A stretch of 49,526 nt of DNA, taken from positions 767,251 through 816,776 of the forward strand of contig NW_003314291.1 of the NCBI RefSeq assembly GCF_000143415.4, read 5' to 3'. Position 1 is the first letter of the stretch, and every line of letters begins with the position of its first letter. Shown one piece after another: positions 12,900-24,625 of the stretch. Source of the stretch: Selaginella moellendorffii. Its lineage: Eukaryota > Plantae > Lycopodiophyta. The position numbers were made by a program, and so were the translations under genes. Under the pieces are notes generated by a model that was not told the origin of the DNA, did not search any database, and worked only from the letters and a program-made list of their open reading frames with translations.

Positions 12900-15200
12900 G
12901 ATCCCATCAGCTTTGCGATACGTCTGGAATCAGCAATTTAACCAGCAATAAAAAGAAGTTTAACGTACAGAGGAATAAGAAAGATTGTGCGCAAAAAGAT
13001 ATACATTTCCTACATCCATTTCTCGATCCTATTCCTGTCAAGATCGACAGAGACCTCCTCAGCATCAGGCGGAAAAAGGGCATCCCTGCTGCGTCTCGAC
13101 TTTGTCTCTCCGCAAAGGCGCTTCGTGTACGCAAAGTTGATCTCATAAAGATGCCCAACATACCTTCTGTAAGCACGCCACATCGCTGTCTCTGGTGGCT
13201 TTGTTATATCGTAATCCTCTGGCCGCTTATTCAAACAGCGATTTTACATGCCGTTCCAATCGATCAGATGGAATCTCTATCACATACCACATGCTTTCCA
13301 CAGTGTAGCTTTTAATGGTCTGCCCGATCAAAGACGTGATCCGTTCCTTGCAGAAACCATTCCGCAAAACCTTGGCGACGTCACACAATCAGCACAAACT
13401 CAGCACGACAAAAGAAATCTCACGACATTTACCTCCGCTTCCTCCTCCTCTGTAACATCTTCTGTACCAAGCCGGCCATCTCCAGAGAAGTGGACAAGCT
13501 TTTCAGACTACCAGAGACTACAACTTACACGTCAAGTTGTGGTCGTAGTAGATGTGGAGGTCCCATCGTCGAGCCAGATGCGAGCGTGTTGCATGCAAGT
13601 CCAGATGGCATGTTGGTGCGGCAAGATTGACAGGGGCGGCCTCTCCGTGACGAGCAGCAGCTTGTTGTTTTGGATCCCTTCAAACAGCAGTACCAGGTCC
13701 TTGACCCGCAAAGGTGCAGACTCTTTTTCATCGGAAAACGTACGCAGGCGAGGCGGGTCGGCCGCGTGTAGTGCAAGCTGCGGGTAAGCCCGTCTTACTC
13801 TATCTTGACTACCAACTTTGCCCGACAGCATGTTCCATCCCTGTGGAAGAGACTTAAAGATTTCAACAAAGAAAACACGGTAAGAAGCTGACCAGCCTGT
13901 CCACTGGGAGAATTAAGAAAAAGTCGGCTTTCAGAACTCTGGAGATTAAGCCAAGTAGCCTCGGCACTGGTGCGACGCAGGCGCTCCCCAAGCCCGATTT
14001 ATAATTACTCGCCATCGTCATCTCGGCAGACAAGGAGAAAGAGAATTTTTCGTGCCAGAAGATTGGCATTGGCTGTGCCTGGCAGCGCCCTCCAAGCAGT
14101 GGTCGATAAGAATAGTTAAACAAAGCAATGCTCTTACATCTGAATTCCCCACTACAAGGGGTGGTGGAGGACAATAATCCATAGCGATGGTGTTGCGTGC
14201 AGGCAACTCAGAACTCACTAGCAAAGGGAAACAAAAACGAAGGATATAACCTTAAGAACTTTTGTATAACAATCGTTGCAAAACTTGGTTCACTCACCTC
14301 CTCGTCTTGTTCAAGCGACCCAAGGCTAACAATTCCAGCTGATCCAGTCGAGAGCAGCTGGTGGCGAGCAAAATCAACCATGCAATCCAGTTGCTCCCGC
14401 GCACCATCCCAACCCAGCGTCCCAGCACACGCGCTCCTCTCGACGTCGGAGAGGTGCGTGATGTGGCACAATGCCAGTGTCACGTCCATCTCGGCCGAGT
14501 CCCAGCTCCACAAGTGAGCCATAGACGGCCTCCTTTTCATGCAGGTGGGGCCTTTGAGACAAACTCGGACACCGCCTGGAGCTTTTCAGCGCTCTTACAT
14601 TGTGTGAGTGTGCTTTTTGGCGCTCAGCAGCGTCTCTGGAATGAGTTAAAGGAAGCAAGACAGCTTTCAATGCCATTGACTTTCATTTACTTATTGACTT
14701 TTTATTGACTTGCACTGACTTTTTCCGCTCGTGATCCTCTCAATGAAAGCTTTCGCATCTCTTTTAGACATGGTATCAAACTGCCACTTTGCGTGCTTGC
14801 GATAGGCGTCCTGGAGAAAAGAATGCCAGCAGCTCCATGAAACAGAGGTAAATTCCTGAATTACAAATGAAAGAATTGGTATTTACACCGCTGCTTTTAT
14901 TTAGCCAGAATTGCTTGTGCTTCCCTGGAAAGCAAAATGCAAGTGGAGCTTGATAGATGAGAGAGCAAAAACACAACATTCGTACCTCTGAAGAATCAGC
15001 TACTCTTCCAGACTTGCTCCTCCTGCTTCTGCTAGACGCCACAATCATCGACTCCATATCATCCGGAACTATCCACTGCTGCAGAAGTGCCTGTTCTTGC
15101 GCCAAAGCTTGCTGATAGCCGGAAACCGAGGTCACGGACCGCCGACTCTGCGTACTGCTCAGTCGTGACGGATTATTCCTCATCACCCAGAGCACCACCA
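12900..15200 (-). pseudogene. Fragmented exon-like segments of unidentified gene(s)
   Basis: Protein-like stretches (ORFs 13010-13234, 13532-13831, 14208-14540, 14776-15441) with splice-like signals, but stops and frame changes. No family recognised. Confidence 0.3.
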
Positions 15201-15719
15201 CGCAAGGTATCACTTCAGGACTTGCATTATATACAAGGATGAGCAGGCTGCGTGTTGGAAAGACATCAGCAGAGTTACAAAAGGTTTGAATCTTTTTCGT
15301 TTTCTGGAAATATGAGGGGAAACTCTCAAGTTTATTTGCTCTCAGGTAGCAGGGTTGGCAGTCGTATCGGTGCTGTGCTTCTCCATACGTGCTCTTTTCA
15401 TTCTTTTGGGCGTTAAGTCCTGATTCCACTTTGTGCGACATCAGCTATGGCAGGCCTATTTTGCAGGTGTTTAAAATTCGCAGCCGATACACGTCCGTAG
15501 TATTCTTTCTGTATTCATTCATAGGTATGGATGCATTGCAGAAGGAATCTTTTGATGGTTTGTGGTTTGTTGTTTAAGTGTACGATATTCCAAGCACTCA
15601 CAATACTATATATAAATTGATTTATTTTAAATTAGAATTTTATCTAAATGAAATGAAGTTAGTATCTTGGAAACACTTTCATTAGAACATACGGTTCCGA
15701 AAGGAACCCTCATACCATA

Positions 15720-16400
15720 TCCTGCCAGGCCCCCACCGGACAAAAAAATAACAATGGCAAGCATATCCGAGTAGATCTGCAAGCAACTATCATGTCAACG
15801 CAGCATGGATCGATAATTATTTGTCACCTCGGCAACAGTCTCATTGTCCCCCATCTCGATCCATATCAGAATTGCACAGACTAAGGTGATCATGAATATC
15901 AGCATCACAACCTTGAAAAATAATTCAAGTTAGTACCAAATACCCAAGTAACTTGGAAACTCACCGCTATCACAAACTTCTGACGGCCATGAGTTCTGGA
16001 TCTTCACCAATGACAAAAGCGGCGATGCTTGTCCGTGTGCAATGGGACTTTCGGATCCTTGCCGACTGCAGCCTGTGCTTGAGCACCATCAGTTTCTTCC
16101 TCGTCATCCTCCTCCTCTTCCTTATCTGTGGCTTGATGACAAAGATCCACCCTGATAGAGGATAAGTTTCTCGATACATTAGACAAAAGGAAGATAACAA
16201 CAGCAAGAAGGTAGCAAGAAACAGTATCTGAGGAACAGTTGCATCAATAAAGAAACACTCGTCAGTAAAACGAGCCAAGCACACACATTAAAGACGTGTA
16301 CCCATGGCTACAATACCATCCTTGGCAGGGTGCAATCACGTTTAGCACGAAATATAGACAATATCCTGTCCAAAACCTGTGTAACGCAAGGATTTTACAC
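15720..16400 (-). repeat. Diverged inverted copy of 19740-20130
   Basis: The reverse complement shares ttttggacagga, ccagaactcatggccgtca, caagttacttggg and aaggttgtgatgctgatattcatgatcacc with the plus strand at 19740-20070. Confidence 0.7.
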
Positions 16401-16628
16401 TAGCTAACAAGCGTACCAAGACTCGCCACGCCAATCAAACAATAAAAAACCTGGAGGGGAAAAACAGTGATCGAGAGAAGAGAAAAGAAAACAGGCATAC
16501 CTTTTGCCGTGTCCACCGCAATGGCAGAGTATACAAGCACGTATAGTGGTGCTTGGAAGGCCTGAAAAAGGAAACTCAAACCTTCGGCTTGGGATCCTAT
16601 TTCTTTTCCGTTTTAGGAGAACTAGGGT

Positions 16629-17771
16629 ATGGAAGTAGCGCGTGTGTTATTCGAGCGGCGGCTTCTGCCCAAGCGGGATCTGGCAAGATGCACGGCCGTG
16701 TGCAAGGAATGGAAGTCTTGCATCATAGAGCTCTACCAAGAGTGGCTCCATGCGATTAAAGATCCGAGCGAGCCCGGTGTGCTGGTATGTATGGATGACC
16801 AAGAGTACGAGGTGTGGTTTGTTGCCTCCAAGCGGCGGTTCAAGCTGGACCTCCATCCATTCTACGAGGAGGATGGCCTTCATTGCCTAGCAACCTGCAA
16901 GGGCCTCTTCTTTAGTTGGGGATGGGAGAGCTTCTGGGTCGGAAACCCTTTCACGCGACAGTGGAAAGGGCTTCCATTATTTCCACGAGACGAAGAAGAG
17001 GATGAATTTGATAAATATCTCGGGAAGTTGAATCATGTCGAGCTATTGGTGGATGATGATTCAGGAAGTTCCAGGGATAGTTTCAAGATATTTGTCCTCA
17101 CTGGGAACAATCGTATTGACTTTTCACCGCTCAAAGAACATGATCAAGCAAAGAAGGTTTTCTTCTTCAATTCCAAGGTTTGGGAGTGGCAGAGTTGGGA
17201 CAACAATCAAAGGGTCTTCTTGAGCTTGGAAGAGCTTGAGCTTTGGATAGAAAGCAACAAAGAATGCCTTGAGTTTGTTGTTACACCTTATACCCTTGGA
17301 GGAGGAGGGATTGAAGTGTTTGGAATAACAGATGACATGGAAATGTGGCAGAGTTATGTGGTATTGATAGACATTCCAAGGAAGATTTTGGAATACAGGT
17401 GTCATGCCCATCGTATATTTCAACACAAGGGAAGATGGATTTTGGTGGCATTTAGCCGCCCAAGAGGATACAGAGATAAGTATTTCAGTGTTTTCGAACT
17501 TGACAAGGTGGAATTATCTTGGAATATAATAAATCAGGTTTACTTGATTGAGTTTTTCGGAGTAAAATGGGAAGAAGAATTTGAAGATGATCCATCCAGT
17601 TTGGAACCATGTTTCAACATCAGCGTCCATAGAGATTATATAGTGATTTATGTAGGTTACAAGATCCCTCCTACTTATTTTAATTTGGAGACTAATTCTT
17701 GGAGCAAAATAGAAGATCTAGATGGCTTTGTTATTACTTCATTTGAACCATGTATAAGATCTATAAAATAA
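16629..17771 (+). CDS. F-box-like protein with FBA/KIB1-4-like C-terminal region (copy 1)
   Basis: 380-aa intronless ORF. N-terminal partial F-box (LPKRDLARCTAVCKEWKS), then CLATCKGL, WVGNPFTRQWKGLP, and terminal SFEP. Confidence 0.8.
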   Translation: MEVARVLFERRLLPKRDLARCTAVCKEWKSCIIELYQEWLHAIKDPSEPGVLVCMDDQEYEVWFVASKRRFKLDLHPFYEEDGLHCLATCKGLFFSWGWESFWVGNPFTRQWKGLPLFPRDEEEDEFDKYLGKLNHVELLVDDDSGSSRDSFKIFVLTGNNRIDFSPLKEHDQAKKVFFFNSKVWEWQSWDNNQRVFLSLEELELWIESNKECLEFVVTPYTLGGGGIEVFGITDDMEMWQSYVVLIDIPRKILEYRCHAHRIFQHKGRWILVAFSRPRGYRDKYFSVFELDKVELSWNIINQVYLIEFFGVKWEEEFEDDPSSLEPCFNISVHRDYIVIYVGYKIPPTYFNLETNSWSKIEDLDGFVITSFEPCIRSIK

Positions 17772-18759
17772 ATTAATTATACAATATATTTATAAATATA
17801 ATTAAATTTTTTATGATTACTTAATGTTTGTTCTTTAAGCATTTTGTTGGGAGTTCCACTCCAACTCTCAATTTTTTGAGTCAGAACTTTTAATTTAAAT
17901 GTGTTACATTTATTTGGTTTCTACTTCGACCATTACCATATAGCACCCTTTCAACCTCATTTTGAAGCTTAAGAATTTATGCATTACACTATCCGCAGCT
18001 ATCACCTAAAAAATAAATCTTGTAAAACCAAACTTTTAAAATAAAAAGGTATTATTAGTTTCCTTTCGCCTGTACGGGTTTAGCACCCAAAGAAAACAAT
18101 AGTAGTAAATATAGATTGCCTTAATTAATTAATTATTGAATTAATTTTTCTATTCCATTTTGATATTTATGATAAACTTTAAATAGTTTCCATGATCCCA
18201 AAATATCCAAGAGTAATTGTGTTGCTTTTAAAAGAATTTAATTTTTTAAAAAAAGAGTAAATAAACATGTCTGGAAAAATGCATTCTAACTTGGGCTTAA
18301 CAATAAAAGTAACTTCCACCCAATGCAACTCTTGCTATAAAGCATGTGATGAAGCACTACTATTGAAAAACTACAAAAACAAAAAAATACCTAGAAAGCA
18401 AAAACAAACTCTAGTAAAGTGGAATTATTCTTTGCCCAGTAAAATGCTTTTAGTAAGGGCTTGCCCTGGAAAGCATGATGAGAGCATTACTACTAAAAAA
18501 CCAATAACATTACTCATCTGGAGGGTTTTTATGGTAAGAGCAACCTCCACAAGCACAGTGGAATTAGAGTTTCTCTGGTCATCAACCTTTGGTAGTTTAT
18601 GCTACAAAGCATAATAAGTAGAACACTAACCCAGTAGAGATGACACCTTGAGTGATACAATTGCGTGAAGCAGCACCAATGCTCTCTCCATGTAAATCTC
18701 GCTTGCCTGATCAAATAAACTTTGAGCCCTTCCAACACAAGAAAGCATCCAGACCTCGC

Positions 18760-18930
18760 AGCACAGCCGGAAGCAGCAATCATTGCCATTGCACAGCGGC
18801 CGCAATCGAGCCTCACCATCGCGGCACAGCCAGACATTGCACCGCAGGAATCGAGCCTTGCCATCACAGCACCGGCATCGAGCATTGCCATGGCACTGCG
18901 GCCAGAATCAAGCAGCCTCCACCATGGAAT
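18760..18930. repeat. Degenerate ~27-30 bp tandem repeat
   Basis: Recurrent atcgagc..ccat..cacagc/cactgc units. Confidence 0.5.
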
Positions 18931-19739
18931 TTCTGCCAGAGGCAGCAGCAATCGATTTATCTTAGCGTCAGCGCCATGAAATTCTCCAGACCCTGGGACT
19001 TAGGGTTCTTGGGCATCAATGTTTGCCCGGAGCACACGTGGCAAAGCTTAGCCTCAAGTACAAGCTTGGTCTAAAGTGTCGCAGACGGCTCGTTGGCAAG
19101 GTGAGGGGAGAGAGAGAGAGAGAGAGATTTATTTGGCAGACGGGATTGATTCCCGAGAACATCCAGATCGGAGGACGAGTTTGGACAGGGTCCATTTGAT
19201 CAGAACACGCTTCTTTCGCTTTTTTTTCCAGGTAACGTTCTTCCTTCCAGTTTTTGTCCTTGATTTTCACTAGCTCGGAACCATGTCGTTTTACTTATCT
19301 TCCTTCCATGGAGGCTGGTGCCTGCTTAAGATCTGAGATTACCGCTACCGAGATCTGGTACCGTCAAGGTGCTTTTCGTTTTACCTTTTGCCAGCGTTTC
19401 TGATCTTCCTTTTCTTTCAAATCAGTGGAGTCCTCTGTATTCAACGAAATTCTTGCGTACTTCCATCAACAAAATTCTTCCGGGAGAAGCCATGAAGTCC
19501 AAGCCGCTAGTACAACACGCCTATGGAGGAATTGACACTCAGCTCATGACTCGTGAGTGAGAGCCCCTTTGTACACATTTGATTTCATCATTCTCTCTGG
19601 TAAGAGCTCCAGATTTTGTGTTTTAAAATGCGAATCTTTTTGCTGCATTTCCAGATCTGTCAAAACGCTTAACAGATCATGAGAACTCTATTGCTGCCCT
19701 TGTTGTGAATGCGGTATGCTTTTTCTATACGTTTTTTCT

Positions 19740-20130
19740 TTTGGACAGGATTGTGTTACACATAATTGCACCTTGTCTTTCTGGAAGCACTGGTACGTGC
19801 TCGTTGACACCGATTGTTTACTTACTGATGCAGCTCTTTTGCTACTTTGTTGTTTCGTTCAAGCGTCCTTTAAGCTACAAACAAGGAAGAAGAAGAAAGA
19901 AACTGTCCCACAGTCGATAAGCATCACCCCTGTTGCCACTGGTGGAGCGCCAGAATTCATGGCCGTCAAAAGCTTGTGTTTTCAAGTTACCTGGGCATTG
20001 TGCTAACTAGAATAATCTGTGAAGGTCTGTGAAGGTTGTGATGCCGATATCCATGATCACCCATTCTGACATGGATCAGGGATTTGGAGCAGCTACTGTT
20101 GCAGGTATGTTTTTTGTCTGGTGTTTGGTT
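19740..20130 (+). repeat. Diverged inverted copy of 15720-16400
   Basis: See the partner feature at 15720-16400. Confidence 0.7.
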
Positions 20131-20639
20131 CTTCGTCACTGCGACATTTCTCTCTTTTGTTCCTTCTTCTTACCCTTCGCTGCAAGTTCCATCTTCTCCA
20201 GTGGTTTGGTTTTTTTGCTTACAAGTTCTTCTTAATTGTGCTACTGGCAAGGTCTATCCCGGAAATTTTTTTCACTACTTCCTGGCTTTTTGTTTTCATC
20301 TTCTGGGTTGATTCTCTCTGTTGCTTGGGTCCCTGGTGTTTCTTTCCTTTGCTCTCATTTCAAGTTGATCGTAATGTTCTTCCTTGACACCTTGTTCTTC
20401 TAATGACTGATTGATTCCTGACAGTGAAAAGCTAAAGTATTGTTCCGGCCATCTCTGGTACTTGGCTTGGGTGTCTTTGACGTGCTTTATTGTTTATGCA
20501 TTTCTTATACTTTTCATCGCCATCGCCATTGTCGTCCTTTTTTCATTGACGAATCTTCACAGTCAGAGCTTCTTACATGTTCTTCTGTTAAGCTGGTTAA
20601 GCAGGTTAAGTGGTTGCTGCTGCAACCAGCTTAACCAGC

Positions 20640-21870
20640 GATTTTACCGGATTTCCACTGTGGACTATCATACAGATATTACACGTGAACTTCAAGTCCG
20701 TGCAGCCGACGTACCTGGATTTGGTGCTTTCAATCGAGGGAATGAATGGTCCTGCTCATGAGCATCGCGTTTTTGCTGGCCACGCACTGGTCGAGGAGAA
20801 ATATCGTTAAGCTCCACTGGCCATTCCACAGGTTTGACGGGCTTCAATGCCTTTCAAAATGGTACTCGCACCATTTCGTTTACGGTCTTCTCATCGTTCA
20901 CTCCATTTTTTTGTTCCTCGCTCGGGACTGGAGAGAAAAGAAACACCTTTCTTCTTCTTCATGTTTCGTTGTTCTCGCAGGCCTGGGTATATAGCTACCG
21001 CTCTACAAGCCTGTACTTAAAAGGTTAGCATTGTAAAGGTAAACAAAGTTGAATCTTTTCAAGTTTTGCTTTGCTCGATCCTTTTTTAACGATGTTTCAT
21101 TTACCCAGGAAATGTTCTTGCTTTATACATGACTAAACCTCCGGGCTTTAGATATCAGAGTGGAATGTATCTCTTGCAATGCCCGGCTGTTTCACCATGT
21201 TTCGAATGGTAAGCTAGGGTTGTGTGCAACAAAAGATTTTTTTTCTGAAAGATTTGTTTGTGTTACAGGCATCCATTTTCCAGAACTTCCGCACCGGAAG
21301 ATGAGTATTTAAGTATACACATACGCAGCCCGCAAGAGCTAATGAAAATGTTCTCTCAAGTAAGTTTCCCGTGAAGAAAACTAACAAGTTTTTCATGGCT
21401 TATGTGCAGGTCGTATCAAGTTTGTTTTCTTAGCTTTTCGTATGATCTCTAAATTTTTTCCGTGTAGACATCCTGTGTTAATGGACCACATGGAGCACCA
21501 TCACAGTCTCCTTTGAATGGTTTCAAGGAGCCATGAACGAAGTCTCTCAGCTTGATCACAAGGTCAGGAAAACTTTAGTGATTTCTATCTTCCTCTTCTT
21601 TTTACAAATCTTTGTGGTGCTTCTTTACAGGCCTTGATCGAGATGCATAACTATCTAACGAGTGCTTACGAAGAAGGAGACGCTCGCTCCATGCTTATCG
21701 GTGTGATCCAAGCGTTGCATCACGCACTAAGTGGTGTTGATATTGTCTCTCACACTTCCATTGTGATTCATCTTCTTTCTTATTTTTCTTCCCCAGGTTC
21801 AAACGCATTTTGGTCGTCCAAACTGGAGAAAAGTGTTTGCGAGGCTTGCATCGATTCATCCAGGTGCCAG
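20640..21870 (+). pseudogene. RBOH: Respiratory burst oxidase homolog (NADPH oxidase) pseudogene, C-terminal half
   Basis: [61 protein letters not shown]|[41 protein letters not shown]. Several frameshifts and deletions, with introns retained. Confidence 0.88.
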
Positions 21871-21879
21871 TTGCGGGAA

Positions 21880-22110
21880 AGGGCGGAAAGCCTTGCATGC
21901 GGCGGCAAGTTACAAATACCTCGGCATCACCCTGCCCTGGAAAGCAGGGATCCACACCAAGATCGCAACCGCCAAACGCGCGTAGCTGCGAGCGAACATC
22001 TACTATAGCATCCACCTCTCTCCTGTATGGATTCCCAACGTAAGCACCGGACAGCCAGAAAATGGATAGACGCAACTGAAAGCCCATATGGTCGGGACTT
22101 CTTCCAACAG
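21880..22110 (+). mobile_element. Possible non-LTR (LINE) reverse-transcriptase C-terminal fragment
   Basis: YKYLGITL at 21911, followed by IATAKRA and LLYG, resembling the LINE RT domain 7/thumb. Confidence 0.45.
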
Positions 22111-22221
22111 AAATCTTGGAAACAACACAGGCTGGAAAAGGAAACTCTCGGCTTGGCGTTCAACGGATCCCAAGATCCTTTTTTGCTTTCTATTTCTTTT
22201 CCTTTTTGGGGGAACTAGGGT

Positions 22222-23367
22222 ATGGAAGTAGCGCGTGCGTTATTCGAGCGGCGGCTTCTGCCCAAGCGGGATCTGGCAAGATGCACGGCCGTGTGCAAGG
22301 AATGGAAGTCTTGCATCATAGAGCTCTACCAAGAGTGGCTCCATGCGATTAAAGATCCGAGCGAGCCCGGTGTGCTGGTACGTATGGATGACCAAGAGTA
22401 CGAGGTGTGGTTTGTTGCCTCCAAGCAGCGGTTCAAGCTGGACCTCCATCCATTCTACGAGGAGGATGGCCTTGATTGCCTAGCAACCTGCAAGGGCCTC
22501 TTCTTTAGTTTCGGATGGGAGAGCTTCTGGGTCGGAAACCCTTTCACGCGACAGTGGAAAGGGCTTCCATTATTTCCACGAGACGAAGAAGAGGATGATT
22601 TTGATCATTATCTCGGGAAGCTGACTCATGTCGAGCTATTGGTGGATGATGATTCAGGAAGTTCCAGGGATAGTTTCAAGATATTTGTCCTCACTGGGAA
22701 CAATCGTATTGACTTTTCACCGCTCAAAGAACATGATCAAGCAAAGAAGGTTTTCTTCTTCAATTCCAAGGTTTGGGAGTGGCAGAGTTGGGACAACAAT
22801 CAAAGGGTCTTCTTGAGCTTGGAAGAGCTTGAGCTTTGGATAGAAAGCAACAAAGAATGCCTTGAGTTTGTTGGTACACCTTATACCCTTGGAGGAGGAG
22901 GGATTGAAGTGTTTGGAATAACAGATGACATGGAAATGTGGCAGAGTTATGTGGTATTGATAGACATTCCAAGGAAGATTTTGGAATACAGGTGTCATGC
23001 CCATCGTATATTTCAACACAAGGGAAGATGGATTTTGGTGGCATTTAGCCGCCCAAGAGGATACAGAGATAAGTATTTCAGTGTTTTCGAACTTGACAAG
23101 GTGGAATTATCTTGGAATATAATAAATCAGGTTTACTTGATTGAGTTTTTCGGAGTAAAATGGGAAGAAGAATTTGAAGATGATCCATCCAGTTTGGAAC
23201 CATGTTTCAACATTAGTATCCATGGAGATTATATAGTGATTTATGCAGATTATGATATCCCTCCTACTTATTTTAATTTGGAGACTAATTCTTGGAGCAA
23301 AATAGAAGATCCAGACGGCTTTGTTATTACTTCATTTGAGCCATGTATAAGAAAATTTATAGAATAA
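22222..23367 (+). CDS. F-box-like protein (copy 2)
   Basis: 381-aa ORF, near-identical to 16629-17771. Confidence 0.8.
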   Translation: MEVARALFERRLLPKRDLARCTAVCKEWKSCIIELYQEWLHAIKDPSEPGVLVRMDDQEYEVWFVASKQRFKLDLHPFYEEDGLDCLATCKGLFFSFGWESFWVGNPFTRQWKGLPLFPRDEEEDDFDHYLGKLTHVELLVDDDSGSSRDSFKIFVLTGNNRIDFSPLKEHDQAKKVFFFNSKVWEWQSWDNNQRVFLSLEELELWIESNKECLEFVGTPYTLGGGGIEVFGITDDMEMWQSYVVLIDIPRKILEYRCHAHRIFQHKGRWILVAFSRPRGYRDKYFSVFELDKVELSWNIINQVYLIEFFGVKWEEEFEDDPSSLEPCFNISIHGDYIVIYADYDIPPTYFNLETNSWSKIEDPDGFVITSFEPCIRKFIE

Positions 23368-23432
23368 ATTAGTAAGTATGTTAATTATAAAATGTATTTA
23401 TAAATATAATTAAACTTTTTTAATAATAAATC

Positions 23433-23567
23433 TGTGAGTGCATGAAATATAGAAAGGGAAAAACCCTAGCTTATAGTGATCCGGATTGAAACCAATCCAA
23501 CAGCTACCAAAATCCCACTATATTAATATTAGTATATGACATCATAGCTGTACACTTGGACCTCACA
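23433..23567 (-). repeat. 3' LTR (135 bp) of the Gypsy element
   Basis: TGTGAG...CTCACA termini. On the minus strand it is preceded by the purine tract gagaggcggggatga. Confidence 0.75.
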
Positions 23568-24003
23568 TCATCCCCGCCTCTCGGAATAATGGAAGACTAT
23601 CAGGGTTCTCCTATAGATAGGCTGGGATCTAGTGGAACATTAAGAGGAGGCATCAGTGGATCTATAGGTGGTATCTGTTGTTCCTAATCCTTTTGTACAA
23701 AGTGTCTCAATTGTGTAAGTTCTTGAGTTTGGACTTCTCGGGAGGTCACCCAGCCCAGTACTATTCACACCTAAGGACGCTTAACCACAAATATCCCAAG
23801 ACCCTTAACTGTTTGGAAAAGGGGGTGCACTCTTATTCATAGGCCCTTTCCCTCTATATTTGAACCTTTATGGATCGTCTCTCGAGCCGTTCCCTTTGGT
23901 TACTTACAATCCACCACGCTTCTCTGCAAGTTCACGCCCTTGTGAACGGAAGCTGAGAGCCGCAGCTCTCCCGAGAGCCTTGCTCTCTTGAGACCCTACC
24001 CTT

Positions 24004-24562
24004 CGGGTCGTGAACGGAAGCTGAGAGCCGTAGCTCTCCTGAGAGCCTCGCTCTCTTGACACCCTACCCTTCGGGTCGAGCCCAGCGGGAGCAAACTGGA
24101 CCAGCCAGATGTCAATCAACATGTGGTGTGATTCCCCTAGCCAATCAATAGAGTCGGACCCGAGACCCCTCTGATACCAAATGTAAGCTCGGGTCGTGAA
24201 CGGAAGCTGAGAGCCGTAGCTCTCCCGAGAGCCTCGCTCTCTTGACACCCTACCCTTCGGGTCGAGCCCAGCAGGAGCAAACTGGACCAGCCAGATGTCA
24301 ATCAACATGTGGTGTGATTCCCCTAGCCAACCAATAGAGTCGGACCCGAGACCCCTCTGATACCAAATGTAAGCTCGGGTTGTGAACGGAAGCTGAGAGC
24401 CGTAGCTCTCCCGAGAGCCTCGCTCTCTTGACACCCTACCCTTCGAGTCGAGCCCAGCAGGAGCAAACTAGACCAGCCAGATGTCAATCAACATGTGGTG
24501 TGATTCCCCTAGCCAACCAATAGAGTCAGACCCGAGACCCCTCTGATACCAAATGTAAGCTC
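24004..24562. repeat. Three tandem 186-bp units inside the TRIM
   Basis: tgataccaaatgtaagctc recurs at 24172, 24358 and 24544. Confidence 0.92.
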
Positions 24563-24570
24563 CTAAGTTT

Positions 24571-24625
24571 GAACTTCTCAGGAGGTCACCCAGCCTAGTA
24601 CTATTCACACCCAAGGACGCTTAAC
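24571..24625 (-). promoter_or_regulatory. 5S rRNA-derived internal Pol III promoter (A box/IE/C box) in the TRIM LTR; second copy at 23731-23785
   Basis: Minus strand GTTAAGCGTCCTTGGGTGTGAATAGTACTAGGCTGGGTGACCTCCTGAGAAGTTC vs plant 5S GTTAAGCGTGCTTGGGCGAGAGTAGTACTAGGATGGGTGACCTCCTGGGAAGTCC. Confidence 0.88.

Noticed and set aside
23731-23785. 5S rRNA gene
   Set aside because: Only the internal promoter segment is present, embedded in LTRs; the 5' part and the oligo-T terminator are missing.
24004-24562. Possible CRISPR-like array, and ORF 23904-24434
   Set aside because: Whole 186-bp units are repeated with no unique spacers; it is TRIM internal sequence in a eukaryote.
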